A DNA stretch of 64,000 nucleotides. Source: Christensenellaceae bacterium. GTDB taxonomy: Bacteria; Bacillota; Clostridia; Christensenellales; CAG-138. Where the stretch lies: contig OY764017.1 in NCBI GenBank assembly GCA_963667795.1, positions 1,261,329-1,325,328 of the forward strand. Direction: 5' to 3'. Numbering within the stretch: the stretch's first letter is position 1; every line of letters starts with the position of its first letter. The position numbers were made by a program, and so were the translations under genes. The notes below the pieces were generated by a model, which saw nothing but the letters and a program-made list of their open reading frames with translations, ran no database searches and was not told the origin of the DNA. Of the stretch, positions 54,720 to 63,572 are shown piece after piece.

Positions 54720-55415
54720 ATGCTTGAAGCGCTCAAACAGCAGGTTCTCGAAGCGAACCTAAAATTGCCACAGCTGAATCTTGTTGCGTTCACGTGGGGA
54801 AACGTCAGTGGAATCGACCGCGGAAGCGGTGTCATGGTCATAAAGCCCTCCGGCGTTGCCTATGCGGATATGAGCGCGGATCAGATGGTCTGCGTCGATC
54901 TTCAAAGCGGCGCGGTCGTGGAGGGCGACTACCGCCCATCTTCGGACACGCCGACGCATATCGCACTCTACCGTGCGTTTCCGCAAATCGGCGGAGTCGT
55001 TCACACACACTCCCGCTGGGCAACCATCTTCGCGCAGGCTGGCCGCGCCATCCCGGCGCTCGGCACCACGCATGCGGATTATTTTTACGGCGATGTTCCC
55101 GTTACGCGCCCGCTGACAAACGAAGAAATTGCAGGCGCATACGAAATGGAGACCGGCAATGTCATCGTGGAGACTATGAACAACGTCGATCCCGTCGCAA
55201 TGCCCGCCATTTTGGTACGGGAGCACGGCCCGTTTACCTGGGGCAAAGACCCGGCCGAGGCAGTCTATCATGCCGCCGTGCTGGAGGAAGCCGCCATGAT
55301 GGCCTGGCACACAATCGGGCTTGTTGCGGACGTGCAGCTCAATCCCGCACTGCTGGACAAGCATTATTTGCGCAAGCACGGCAAAAACGCCTATTATGGG
55401 CAGGACAAGCATTAA
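54720..55415 (+). CDS. araD: L-ribulose-5-phosphate 4-epimerase
   Basis: 231 aa. [30 protein letters not shown] and [11 protein letters not shown] (class II aldolase/epimerase signatures). Confidence 0.9.
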   Translation: MLEALKQQVLEANLKLPQLNLVAFTWGNVSGIDRGSGVMVIKPSGVAYADMSADQMVCVDLQSGAVVEGDYRPSSDTPTHIALYRAFPQIGGVVHTHSRWATIFAQAGRAIPALGTTHADYFYGDVPVTRPLTNEEIAGAYEMETGNVIVETMNNVDPVAMPAILVREHGPFTWGKDPAEAVYHAAVLEEAAMMAWHTIGLVADVQLNPALLDKHYLRKHGKNAYYGQDKH

Positions 55416-55691
55416 GCATATCGCTCTACTCCATTCCCATTGGTCCTTACCGGAGAAACCGAAGTTGGTGGCTTACTGGTGTCTCCAGATAATCGCGATA
55501 GAGTATCCTCTCCTCTTCCTCAAGCGCCGCCGATCAAAGCCTGAAAACAACCTGAAAGATTCCTTTCGGGCAAAATTCAGCAAAAGGCGGTATCCTCCAG
55601 TTGTTGAAACCAAGCAAGCCAACCGGGTGGTGGCCGGAGCGGCAAGCGGTATCAGCAACAGCATTTTTTCATTTTTTCCTTCCTTTGATGA

Positions 55692-55722
55692 AACGCCGCG
55701 CTAGAGCACGCGGCGTTTTGTC
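55692..55722 (+). terminator. intrinsic terminator about 280 nt downstream of araD
   Basis: Nine-bp stem AACGCCGCG/CGCGGCGTT with an 8-nt loop, followed by TTGTCTG. Confidence 0.55.
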
Positions 55723-55847
55723 TGTCGAAAAATATCCGAGGATGTTAAAATCGTAATCCGTAACGTAAAAACCCCCGGCTATATCGGCTCATCCGGCGTA
55801 ACGCTCTCGCTCGTTTCAGTCGGTTCGACGCCGCAGTTTCGGAATTC

Positions 55848-55856
55848 TGCTATAAT
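55848..55856 (+). promoter_or_regulatory. extended -10 promoter element (TGcTATAAT)
   Basis: TGCTATAAT at 55848..55856. No good -35 element. About 40 nt upstream of the metallophosphoesterase start. Confidence 0.45.
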
Positions 55857-55895
55857 AGCCACAAACACGGCGATTACGCCGCAAGGAGGTTTTTG

Positions 55896-57029
55896 GTGCA
55901 CGATAAACGAACCCGCAACGTCATGTTGATTGCAATAACGCTGATCGGCCTTACCTTCGGCTGCTGGCTGTATGCCTGGCTGTCCGGCGTTTTATCCTAT
56001 TGGGGTGCAGGCATGACCACGTCCCGCTGGATTGCCGTGGCGGGTGCAATTCTCGCGCTCAGCACATTCTTTATTCGCCCCATACCAATCAAGGTTACGA
56101 CAATCGCCGCAATCTATCTCATTATCTTCAGCTTTTTTGCATGGTTGGTACAAAAGATACTGACCGGCGTTTGGCCATCCATGGCGGCATCCGGCTGGTT
56201 CTGGCAAGGCGGAATAGCGGCGCTTGTATGCTCCGCCGGTATGCTGATCTACGGTGTGGTTCACGGCAGGCGCATGATCGTCAAGCGCTACACGCTGTGT
56301 ACGTCCTTGCCCGTTCCCGGCGGCGAGTTGCGCATTGCGTTGATTTCGGACGTCCATATGGGACTGACGATCGATGCAAACCGGCTCCGGCAACAGATGG
56401 ATCGTTTGGCGGAAGAAAAGCCGGATTTGCTCGTCATCGCGGGCGATTTGGTGGACGATCAAACAACACCCGAACAGATGTGCGCCGCCTGTACCGTCGT
56501 CGGCAGTCTATCGACTAAATATGGCGTCTACTTTGCATATGGCAATCACGATTTGGCAAGCCACGGACCAACGCCGCCTTATACGAAGGCGGAGCTTGAC
56601 GAAGCCCTGACAAACGCAAATGTTCACATTCTGGACGATGCACATATCATCGCCGCAGGCATAACCCTCGTCGGTCGTCACGATGCCGCTTTTGCACGAC
56701 ATGCAGACCGTGCTCCACTCGACCGGCTGCTAGACGGAGTTGATATGACCAAACCGGTCATACTGATCGACCATCAGCCGCGTGAATTGAAAGAAGCCGC
56801 TGCCGCAGGCGTAACCTTGCAGCTCAGCGGGCACACGCATGCAGGACAGGTCTGGCCGATGAGTCGGCTCAGTCGGTTGTTTGGCTTTGCCTACGGACAC
56901 AAACGTATCGGCGGCATGGACGCGATCGTAACCTCCGGCATGGGCAATCGCGGCTCCGTGCTACGCAGTGGCTGCACAGCGGAAATGGTGCTGATCAGCC
57001 TGCGCGACACTGCGTCCGATATGGAGTAA
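55896..57029 (+). CDS. membrane-anchored metallophosphoesterase (calcineurin-like)
   Basis: Track ORF starts at TTG 55893. GTG 55896 is better spaced from AAGGAGG. N-terminal TM segments. Motifs LISDVHMG, GDLVDD, GNHD and GHTHAGQ. Confidence 0.8.
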   Translation: MHDKRTRNVMLIAITLIGLTFGCWLYAWLSGVLSYWGAGMTTSRWIAVAGAILALSTFFIRPIPIKVTTIAAIYLIIFSFFAWLVQKILTGVWPSMAASGWFWQGGIAALVCSAGMLIYGVVHGRRMIVKRYTLCTSLPVPGGELRIALISDVHMGLTIDANRLRQQMDRLAEEKPDLLVIAGDLVDDQTTPEQMCAACTVVGSLSTKYGVYFAYGNHDLASHGPTPPYTKAELDEALTNANVHILDDAHIIAAGITLVGRHDAAFARHADRAPLDRLLDGVDMTKPVILIDHQPRELKEAAAAGVTLQLSGHTHAGQVWPMSRLSRLFGFAYGHKRIGGMDAIVTSGMGNRGSVLRSGCTAEMVLISLRDTASDME

Positions 57030-57055
57030 CCGCATCTAGCACGATACACGCATAT

Positions 57056-57083
57056 AAAAAACGGCCTTTCAGCCGTTTTTTTT
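57056..57083. terminator. bidirectional terminator between convergent genes
   Basis: AAAAAACGGC-CTTTCA-GCCGTTTTTTTT. Confidence 0.6.
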
Positions 57084-57096
57084 ATATTGTATTGAT

Positions 57097-58446
57097 TTAG
57101 TGGATCGTCGTCCTGTCTCTGCCGGATTTTTTTGAACGGTACATCGCCTCGTCCGCGTTTTTGATCAGCTCCCCTTCTTCCTTGATCGACGTCTCAGGGA
57201 ACGCATCGCACCCAGAGCTGATCGTTATGCGGATACAGTTATTGCCATACGCCGTATGGTTCTCCGACACAATGTGCCGGATACGCTCCGCAATTGAGAA
57301 CGTATCTTCTTTTGCCGCACCCGGCAGGATCAAAACGAATTCCTCTCCTCCGAATCGCATCAGCACGTCGCCGTCCCGCATGCCCTGTCGGATCTGACAC
57401 GCCAAATTTTTCAGCACCCGGTCGCCGACGACATGCCCGTAGGTATCGTTGATGCGCTTAAAATGATCGATATCCAGCATAATGACACCGAGCGGGATGT
57501 CTTTGCGAACCGATCGCACGTACTCTTCGTGCAGGCGTACCATACCGAAACGACGATTGAGCACCCCCGTCAGCGGATCCAGTGCCGCCAGCTTTTGCAG
57601 CTGTTCGTGGTCAAATGCGTTATGCAGCGCAACCGCAAGACTCTGCGTAAAAATCGGCATCTTCTTGAGGTTTTCCGCGCCGAACGGATCCGCCTTTGCC
57701 AGCAGGATGACCGCAATCGGAACATTTTTGTACAGTATGGGTTCAATTAACACTTCGGACGGCAAAAACTGCGTCAGCGCACTGTTTACAACCACGTTTT
57801 TGGGGTAGCAGGTGTAGATACGCTCGCCCTTTGCAAATGCAGTAAGGATGTTCTCGTTGGTTTCGAGGCCTTTTGCCTCACGGATTCCCGCCGATTGCAA
57901 CAGCCGGATCTCGCCGTCCTGATCGGCGAGGATCGCGCCCGCGTCCGCATGCGTACTGCTGCGTGCCAGATTCAGCGCCTGTTCGGCAAGGGACTGTAAA
58001 TCCAGTTGACAGGAAAACGTTGCAGTGAACGACTTGATCTCGTCCAGCGTCCGCAGCGAGCTTGCAAACGCCGCAATCAGCTCGTTAAACGCCTGTGCGC
58101 TGCTGCCGAATTCATCACATGTCTCCACGGGTACCGCACAGTGCTCCGGATTGCAGTCGGCAATGCTGCCGCTGTCCGAAACCGAGATGATCGTATCCTT
58201 TACTTCTTTCATCTTTGATGTGACGGCATGCAGTTTGTACTTTACGACCACGCGCGATATCGCGATATTGACAAAACCGACAAGGACGCCAGCTATCATG
58301 CACGATGCAATAAACCAGCTGCTCAACGCAATCTGCTGTGATACGCCGAGTAAAACCACAAAAAAAGGAAACACCATGCCGATCAGCAGCCCGAATCCCA
58401 TCATGTAGACAGCCAATCTTACAAATGTGTTTTTCTGACGTTTCAT
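57097..58446 (-). CDS. membrane-bound diguanylate cyclase (TM-linker-GAF-like-GGDEF)
   Basis: Track ORF 57097..58488. Start at MKRQKNTF (ATG 58446) after AAGGAG. Active site RFGGEEF, with I-site RDGD five residues upstream. Confidence 0.85.
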   Translation of the reverse strand: MKRQKNTFVRLAVYMMGFGLLIGMVFPFFVVLLGVSQQIALSSWFIASCMIAGVLVGFVNIAISRVVVKYKLHAVTSKMKEVKDTIISVSDSGSIADCNPEHCAVPVETCDEFGSSAQAFNELIAAFASSLRTLDEIKSFTATFSCQLDLQSLAEQALNLARSSTHADAGAILADQDGEIRLLQSAGIREAKGLETNENILTAFAKGERIYTCYPKNVVVNSALTQFLPSEVLIEPILYKNVPIAVILLAKADPFGAENLKKMPIFTQSLAVALHNAFDHEQLQKLAALDPLTGVLNRRFGMVRLHEEYVRSVRKDIPLGVIMLDIDHFKRINDTYGHVVGDRVLKNLACQIRQGMRDGDVLMRFGGEEFVLILPGAAKEDTFSIAERIRHIVSENHTAYGNNCIRITISSGCDAFPETSIKEEGELIKNADEAMYRSKKSGRDRTTIH

Positions 58447-58718
58447 GCTTGCTCCTTGTAAAAACAAATAATTTATATATATTATCACGCCGCCGTGTCA
58501 CATGCTAACAATCCATACTCGTAATACTGTGATTGGTTTTATTCAAAACGTCCTTTGTACGGCTTGTCTGTCGACACACTGCAAAAATTTTACATTGTTC
58601 GCTATATGGGAACGCATATGTCATATTTGGGAACATTTTGGTTGATATCCCTTGCCGCACAATGCTATGATTGTTTCGTAAAGAGCAAGTACTTCTCGTC
58701 CGAATTCGGTGATTGACA

Positions 58719-59495
58719 ATGACAAAAGACAACACGGCCCATGTGAAATCCATTGAGCGGGCACTTCTGCTGGTAGACGCTCTGGCTGAAGAACCGCGCG
58801 AGCATTCGCTGACCGAGCTCTCAAAAAAACTCGGTTGGCCAAAGAGCACCGTCCATGGCGTTCTGTCCACCCTGGTTCAGTACCGCTATGCGGAACAGTC
58901 CGATGAAACGGGCCGTTACCGTCTTGGCATCCGCTTTTTCGAGCTTGGGATCAAAGTCGGCAAAATGTGGGACATCCGCTCAATCGCCATTCCATACATG
59001 CAAAAGCTCAACACGGAACTTGGCGAAATGGTACAGCTCGGCACGGAAGACCGCGGTGAAATGCTGTATCTTGAAAAGCTGGATTCCACGCACCTGATCC
59101 GTATCGTATCCGAAATTGGCGGTCGGCTTCCGATTCACTGTACTGGTCTCGGCAAAGCTATTCTGGCATATATGCCGCCGCTCAAAGTCAAGCAGATCAT
59201 CCGTGAGCACGGGTTGACGTCCTATACCGCAAACACCATTACACACCCGGCCGCGCTGGAACGGGAACTGCAAAAAATCCGCGAACAGGGTTATGCGATC
59301 GACGATGGCGAAATTATGCTTGGCCTGCGTTGCGTCGCGGCGCCGATTTTCGATGGCAAGGGTCAGGTCAAGTATGCTTTAAGCATCTCCGGCATACAGA
59401 ACAATCTTGAAGGCGCGAGGCTGGAGCGCATTAAAAACCGCGTGGTCGAAACCGCTGCCGCAATCACAAAAACCCTCAAACGTACTAGTATTTAA
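58719..59495 (+). CDS. IclR-family transcriptional regulator
   Basis: Track ORF starts at TTG 58713. The first ATG is at 58719. HTH SLTELSKKLGWPKSTVHGVLSTL and a C-terminal IclR effector domain. Confidence 0.85.
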   Translation: MTKDNTAHVKSIERALLLVDALAEEPREHSLTELSKKLGWPKSTVHGVLSTLVQYRYAEQSDETGRYRLGIRFFELGIKVGKMWDIRSIAIPYMQKLNTELGEMVQLGTEDRGEMLYLEKLDSTHLIRIVSEIGGRLPIHCTGLGKAILAYMPPLKVKQIIREHGLTSYTANTITHPAALERELQKIREQGYAIDDGEIMLGLRCVAAPIFDGKGQVKYALSISGIQNNLEGARLERIKNRVVETAAAITKTLKRTSI

Positions 59496-59584
59496 CGCCG
59501 CATCTACACAAAAACAAGCGGCTTGAAATTGGAATCTCCATCTATGGATTTTAAATATATCGCTTAAAAGGAGGCTTATAACAA

Positions 59585-60427
59585 ATGGAAAAAAGACCTG
59601 AAATTGCAAAATCGATTTTGACCGGCAGTTTTCAAACGAACTATCATGATGTTGGCAGTGGCTTCCCGCTGATCATGCTGCATGGTTCCGGCCCGGGCGT
59701 CTCTGCATGGGCAAACTGGAACCGGCTGTTCCCGCTGATGTCAAACGAGCATCATATCTATGCGCCGGACCTCGTGGGCTTCGGTTATACGGACCGTCCC
59801 GAAGGCATGAACTATAATATGGACGTCTGGGTCAAGCAGACGATCGATTTCATGGATGCGCTGAACATTGAACAGGCTGATATCATCGGCAATTCGTTCG
59901 GCGGCGCGCTGGCGATGGCACTGGCGATTCTCAAGCCGGAGCGCGTGCGCAAGCTCGTCCTTATGGGCAGCATGGGCGTTACTTTCCCGCTGACTTACGG
60001 GCTGGATCGCGTTTGGGGTTATCAGCCGTCGCTGACCAATATGCAGGAACTCATCGGCATCTTTGCCTATAATCGCAAAATGATGCCGCCGGAACTTGCA
60101 CAGGGTCGCTATGAAGGCAGCATCCAGCCGGGATTTCAGGAGAGCTTTTCATCCATGTTCCCGGAACCGCGTCAGGACGGCGTGGAAGCCATGGCGCAAT
60201 TTGAAATCTATCTCAAAGAGATTCGGCATCAAACGCTGATCGTACACGGACGTGAAGACCGCGTCATCCCGTTGTCAACTTCCATGAAGCTGATCGAGTC
60301 GATTGAAAACGCGCAGCTGCATGTGTTCGGCAAATGCGGGCATTGGACGCAGATCGAGCGCACACAAGAGTTTGCGGAAATCGTGCATACCTTCCTAACC
60401 ATCGACCCGCCGTATTCAAAGTCATGA
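59585..60427 (+). CDS. meta-cleavage product hydrolase (2-hydroxymuconate semialdehyde hydrolase, XylF/DmpD/MhpC type)
   Basis: 280 aa. MLHGSGPGVSAWANW, nucleophile GNSFGG, GREDRVIP and GKCGHWTQIE. Confidence 0.8.
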   Translation: MEKRPEIAKSILTGSFQTNYHDVGSGFPLIMLHGSGPGVSAWANWNRLFPLMSNEHHIYAPDLVGFGYTDRPEGMNYNMDVWVKQTIDFMDALNIEQADIIGNSFGGALAMALAILKPERVRKLVLMGSMGVTFPLTYGLDRVWGYQPSLTNMQELIGIFAYNRKMMPPELAQGRYEGSIQPGFQESFSSMFPEPRQDGVEAMAQFEIYLKEIRHQTLIVHGREDRVIPLSTSMKLIESIENAQLHVFGKCGHWTQIERTQEFAEIVHTFLTIDPPYSKS

Positions 60428-61215
60428 ACACAAGAGAGTTAAAGGCGACCATTCAGCTCTGCGCAGAAAGGCTGGAAAACGCCGAACGGCTTCGCATTCC
60501 AGTTTCGCCGTTGTCAAAAGACTTCCCCGCGCTGACGGTGGACGACGCATACGCCATTCAGGCACATAATGTCGACAGGCTCATTTCGCATGGCGCGACG
60601 ATCTCCGGTAAAAAGATTGGGCTGACCTCTCCGGGGATGCAGCAGCTCCTCGGTGTGAATGAGCCGGACTACGGCCATCTGTTCAGTTCTATGGAGTGCG
60701 ATTGCGAAGTATCTTCGGCGGAGTTGATTCAACCGAAGATTGAAGCGGAAATCGCGTTTGTGTTAAAGGAAGATCTGCCGGATCGCGAAGTGACGGTTGA
60801 GGACGTAAAAAACGCAACGGCATACGTCGTCGCCGCGTTTGAAATCGTCGACAGCCGTGTTGCGGACTGGAAGATCAAGCTCGTGGATACCATTGCGGAC
60901 AACGCTTCGTCCGCGCGGTATGTATTGGGCGATACTAGGCTCCCCATCGACGGGGTGGATTTGTCCGCCGTTACGATGACAATGGAAAAAGACGGCGAAG
61001 GATTGGTGAGCAAAGGCAGCGGCTCAGCCGTTATGGGCGATCCCGTAATCGCGGTCGCCTGGCTGGCAAACTGCATGCGCCGTTACGGTGTGCCGCTCAA
61101 AAAGGATGAGGTCTTATTGTCCGGCGCGTTCTGCGCCGCGTTGCCCGCAAACAAGGGCGATGTGTTCAAAGCAACTTTCTCGCAGCTTGGCACGGTAACG
61201 GCTCGTTTCGTGTAA
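60424..61215 (+). CDS. 2-oxopent-4-enoate (2-keto-4-pentenoate) hydratase (XylJ/DmpE/MhpD type)
   Basis: Track ORF 60334..61215. ATG 60424 overlaps the hydrolase stop (ATGA). Motifs GKKIGLTSPGMQQLLGVNEPDYGHLF and EAEIAFVL. Confidence 0.8.
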   Translation: MNTRELKATIQLCAERLENAERLRIPVSPLSKDFPALTVDDAYAIQAHNVDRLISHGATISGKKIGLTSPGMQQLLGVNEPDYGHLFSSMECDCEVSSAELIQPKIEAEIAFVLKEDLPDREVTVEDVKNATAYVVAAFEIVDSRVADWKIKLVDTIADNASSARYVLGDTRLPIDGVDLSAVTMTMEKDGEGLVSKGSGSAVMGDPVIAVAWLANCMRRYGVPLKKDEVLLSGAFCAALPANKGDVFKATFSQLGTVTARFV

Positions 61216-61309
61216 AGCAACTTCAACCACAACAAACCTCGCTTCCCCTCAAGTGCCGTAAAACACATGCGGCAGGCAGGTTTGTTTTCTATACCTTAAA
61301 ACAAGGCAG

Positions 61310-62203
61310 GTGACGAAATTGAGCAAGATCAAAGTAGCCGTAATCGGTCCGGGTAACATCGGCAGTGATTTAATGTATAAAATCATGCGGAGTGATTATC
61401 TGGAGATGGCGATGATGGCAGGAATTGTGGAATCCGAAGGTATACGCCGTGCGGCGGGCCTCGGCGTTCCGGTTTCCATTCAGGGCGTTTCGGCGGTCGT
61501 GCAAAACCCCGAAATCAAGATAGCCTTTGACGCAACCAGTGCAACCGCACACGAAAAGATCAACGGCCCCGCGCTGAAACAGGCCGGTATTATAGCGGTG
61601 GACCTTACCCCCGCCGCAGTCGGACCGTACTGCGTACCCAGCGTCAATCTTGAAGAACTCAAAACTGCAGACAATATCAACATGGTAACCTGCGGCGGAC
61701 AGGCAACCATTCCCATCGTCAATGCGATCCATCGCGTTGCGGGTGTGGAATATGCCGAAATCGTTGCGGCGATCGCTTCCAAGAGCGCCGGGCCGGGTAC
61801 ACGTGCCAATATGGACGAATTTACCGAAACAACAAGCCGTGCGCTGGAAGTCGTCGGTATGGCAAAAAAAGGGAAAGCAATCATCGTCCTGAACCCTGCC
61901 GAGCCGCCGATCAATATGACGGATACCGTTTTGGTACGCGTTGCAGACAAAACCGTACCGTTTGAAACGATTCGCGACTCCATTTTGCAGATGGTCGAGC
62001 AAGTGCAAACCTACGTTCCAGGTTATCGCCTGCGCGTACCGCCGCAGATGGACGGTGATAAGGTGTCCGCCGTCGTGCAGGTGCAAGGACAGGGTGACTT
62101 CCTTCCCACCTTTGCGGGCAATCTCGATATTATAAATGCCGCGGCAATTGCGGTAGCGGAAAAAATAGCACAGGAACTGCTGAAAGGAGGCGATGCACAA
62201 TGA
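61310..62203 (+). CDS. acetaldehyde dehydrogenase (acylating; DmpF/MhpF/XylQ type)
   Basis: [17 protein letters not shown], with catalytic Cys in [12 protein letters not shown]. Start is GTG 61310 or TTG 61319. Confidence 0.85.
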   Translation: MTKLSKIKVAVIGPGNIGSDLMYKIMRSDYLEMAMMAGIVESEGIRRAAGLGVPVSIQGVSAVVQNPEIKIAFDATSATAHEKINGPALKQAGIIAVDLTPAAVGPYCVPSVNLEELKTADNINMVTCGGQATIPIVNAIHRVAGVEYAEIVAAIASKSAGPGTRANMDEFTETTSRALEVVGMAKKGKAIIVLNPAEPPINMTDTVLVRVADKTVPFETIRDSILQMVEQVQTYVPGYRLRVPPQMDGDKVSAVVQVQGQGDFLPTFAGNLDIINAAAIAVAEKIAQELLKGGDAQ

Positions 62204-63204
62204 AGCTGCAAATCGTCGACGCTACCCTGCGGGACGGCAGCCATGCCGTACGCCATTCCTTCACCGCCGAGCAGGCGCGGAGCATTTCGGAGCGGCTGGA
62301 CCGCTGCAATGTGCCGATCATCGAAGTCAGCCACGGCGACGGGCTGGGCGGCTCCAGCTATACGTATGGTTTTTCCAAGGAAGATCCGTTTTCACTGATT
62401 GAGGCAGCTGCCGGAGCAGTCAAACAGGCGAAGATCTCCGTTCTGCTGTTGCCGGGCATCGGCACCATTGCGGATCTGGCGCGCGCAAAGGACTGCGGCG
62501 CGTCAATCGTCCGCGTCGCCACCCATGTTACAGAGGCGGACATCAGCGCACAGCATATTCAGGCGGCAAAATCCATGGGACTCATGGCCGTCGGCTTTCT
62601 GATGATGGTACACATGCTTGATCCGGATGGAATTGCCGAACAGGCAAAAAAGATGGAATCCTATGGTGCGGATTACATCAACCTTGCGGATTCTGCGGGC
62701 GCGCTGTTGCCGGAACAGGTGAAAGAGCGGATTGAAGCCGTTCGTGCTTCGGTTAAGATACCGGTCGGCTTCCATGCGCACAACAACCTCAGCCTGGCCG
62801 TTGCCAACTCGCTTGCCGCCGCTGATGCGGGCGCCACATATATCGACGCAACGCTGCGTGGACTGGGCGCCGGGGCGGGCAACACGCAAATCGAAGTGCT
62901 CACAGGTGTTTTACAGCGCAAAGGGATTGACACCGGGCTGGACCTATATGGCCTGCTCGACGCTTCCGAACAAACAGTCGCGCCCATCATGCTGCGTCCG
63001 CAGATCATCGACAGCGGCTCGCTCATGCTCGGTTACGCTGGTGTGTACTCCAGCTTTCTTCTGCACGTCTACAACGCCGCGGAAAAATATAATCTGGAGC
63101 CACGCGACATCCTCATGGAAGTCGGCAAGCGTAAAATGGTCGGCGGTCAGGAGGATCTGATCATCGATGTTGCTTACAGCCTCAAGCAATCGAGGAGCGC
63201 CTGA
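62200..63204 (+). CDS. 4-hydroxy-2-oxovalerate aldolase (DmpG/MhpE/XylK type)
   Basis: 334 aa. [11 protein letters not shown] and [15 protein letters not shown]. The ATG overlaps the dehydrogenase stop (ATGA). Confidence 0.9.
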   Translation: MKLQIVDATLRDGSHAVRHSFTAEQARSISERLDRCNVPIIEVSHGDGLGGSSYTYGFSKEDPFSLIEAAAGAVKQAKISVLLLPGIGTIADLARAKDCGASIVRVATHVTEADISAQHIQAAKSMGLMAVGFLMMVHMLDPDGIAEQAKKMESYGADYINLADSAGALLPEQVKERIEAVRASVKIPVGFHAHNNLSLAVANSLAAADAGATYIDATLRGLGAGAGNTQIEVLTGVLQRKGIDTGLDLYGLLDASEQTVAPIMLRPQIIDSGSLMLGYAGVYSSFLLHVYNAAEKYNLEPRDILMEVGKRKMVGGQEDLIIDVAYSLKQSRSA

Positions 63205-63206
63205 CT

Positions 63207-63500
63207 TTGGGCGCGCGCTATAACATTACCCTCGCTTCAGGGGAAACTTTTCCCTGCGGCACGGAGGACGAAAGCGTACTTGCCGCCATGCGGCGGGCAA
63301 ACGTTGGACCGATCAAAAGCGGTTGCTTCGGCGGTGGCTGCGGCATTTGCAAAATGCGCGTCACGTCCGGCTCCTACCGAAGGTTTAAACCGATGAGCCG
63401 CGCACATGTATCCGAACAGGAACAACAAAACGGCGTCGTATTACTTTGCTGTATTCGCCCGACAAGCGACCTGACGCTGGCCCCCGTTAACGATATGTAA
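63207..63500 (+). CDS. plant-type [2Fe-2S] ferredoxin, XylT/DmpQ-like
   Basis: 97 aa. TTG start 9 nt after GAGGAG. Cys cluster CFGGGCGICK plus a downstream LLCC. Sits immediately upstream of the extradiol dioxygenase, as in xylT-xylE. Confidence 0.65.
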   Translation: MGARYNITLASGETFPCGTEDESVLAAMRRANVGPIKSGCFGGGCGICKMRVTSGSYRRFKPMSRAHVSEQEQQNGVVLLCCIRPTSDLTLAPVNDM

Positions 63501-63572
63501 AGAATAGTCTGTAAGAGCCTGAAAAGTTTGGCCTTCTTGCCGGCCACTAAATAAAAAGGAGAGATAAACACT

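Noticed and set aside
53015-55492. Several 217-234-aa antisense or alternative-frame ORFs over araB and araD (53015..53719, 54759..55412, 54794..55492)
   Set aside because: araB and araD are strongly supported by family motifs. The alternatives are Arg-rich shadow frames.
55321-55704. A 127-aa plus-strand ORF starting inside araD in another frame
   Set aside because: The 5' third overlaps araD out of frame and the sequence has no family resemblance. Only its 3' portion is kept as a low-confidence small-ORF possibility in the findings.
58505-58870. A 121-aa minus-strand ORF (and a 73-aa one) in the GGDEF/IclR intergenic region that overlaps the IclR 5' end
   Set aside because: It has no RBS and an implausible sequence, and it overlaps the IclR HTH-coding region. 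The region is better explained as divergent promoters and operators.
61216-61309. A possible attenuator hairpin (ACAAACCT...AGGTTTGT followed by TTTCTAT) between the hydratase and acetaldehyde dehydrogenase genes
   Set aside because: The stem encloses a long, poorly paired interior and the U-tract is weak. The flanking genes belong to one pathway and are probably co-transcribed. I noted it but did not call it.
61370-62200. A 276-aa minus-strand ORF antisense to the acetaldehyde dehydrogenase gene
   Set aside because: The plus-strand product has unambiguous DmpF/MhpF motifs and start/stop coupling with its neighbours. The antisense product has no recognisable features.
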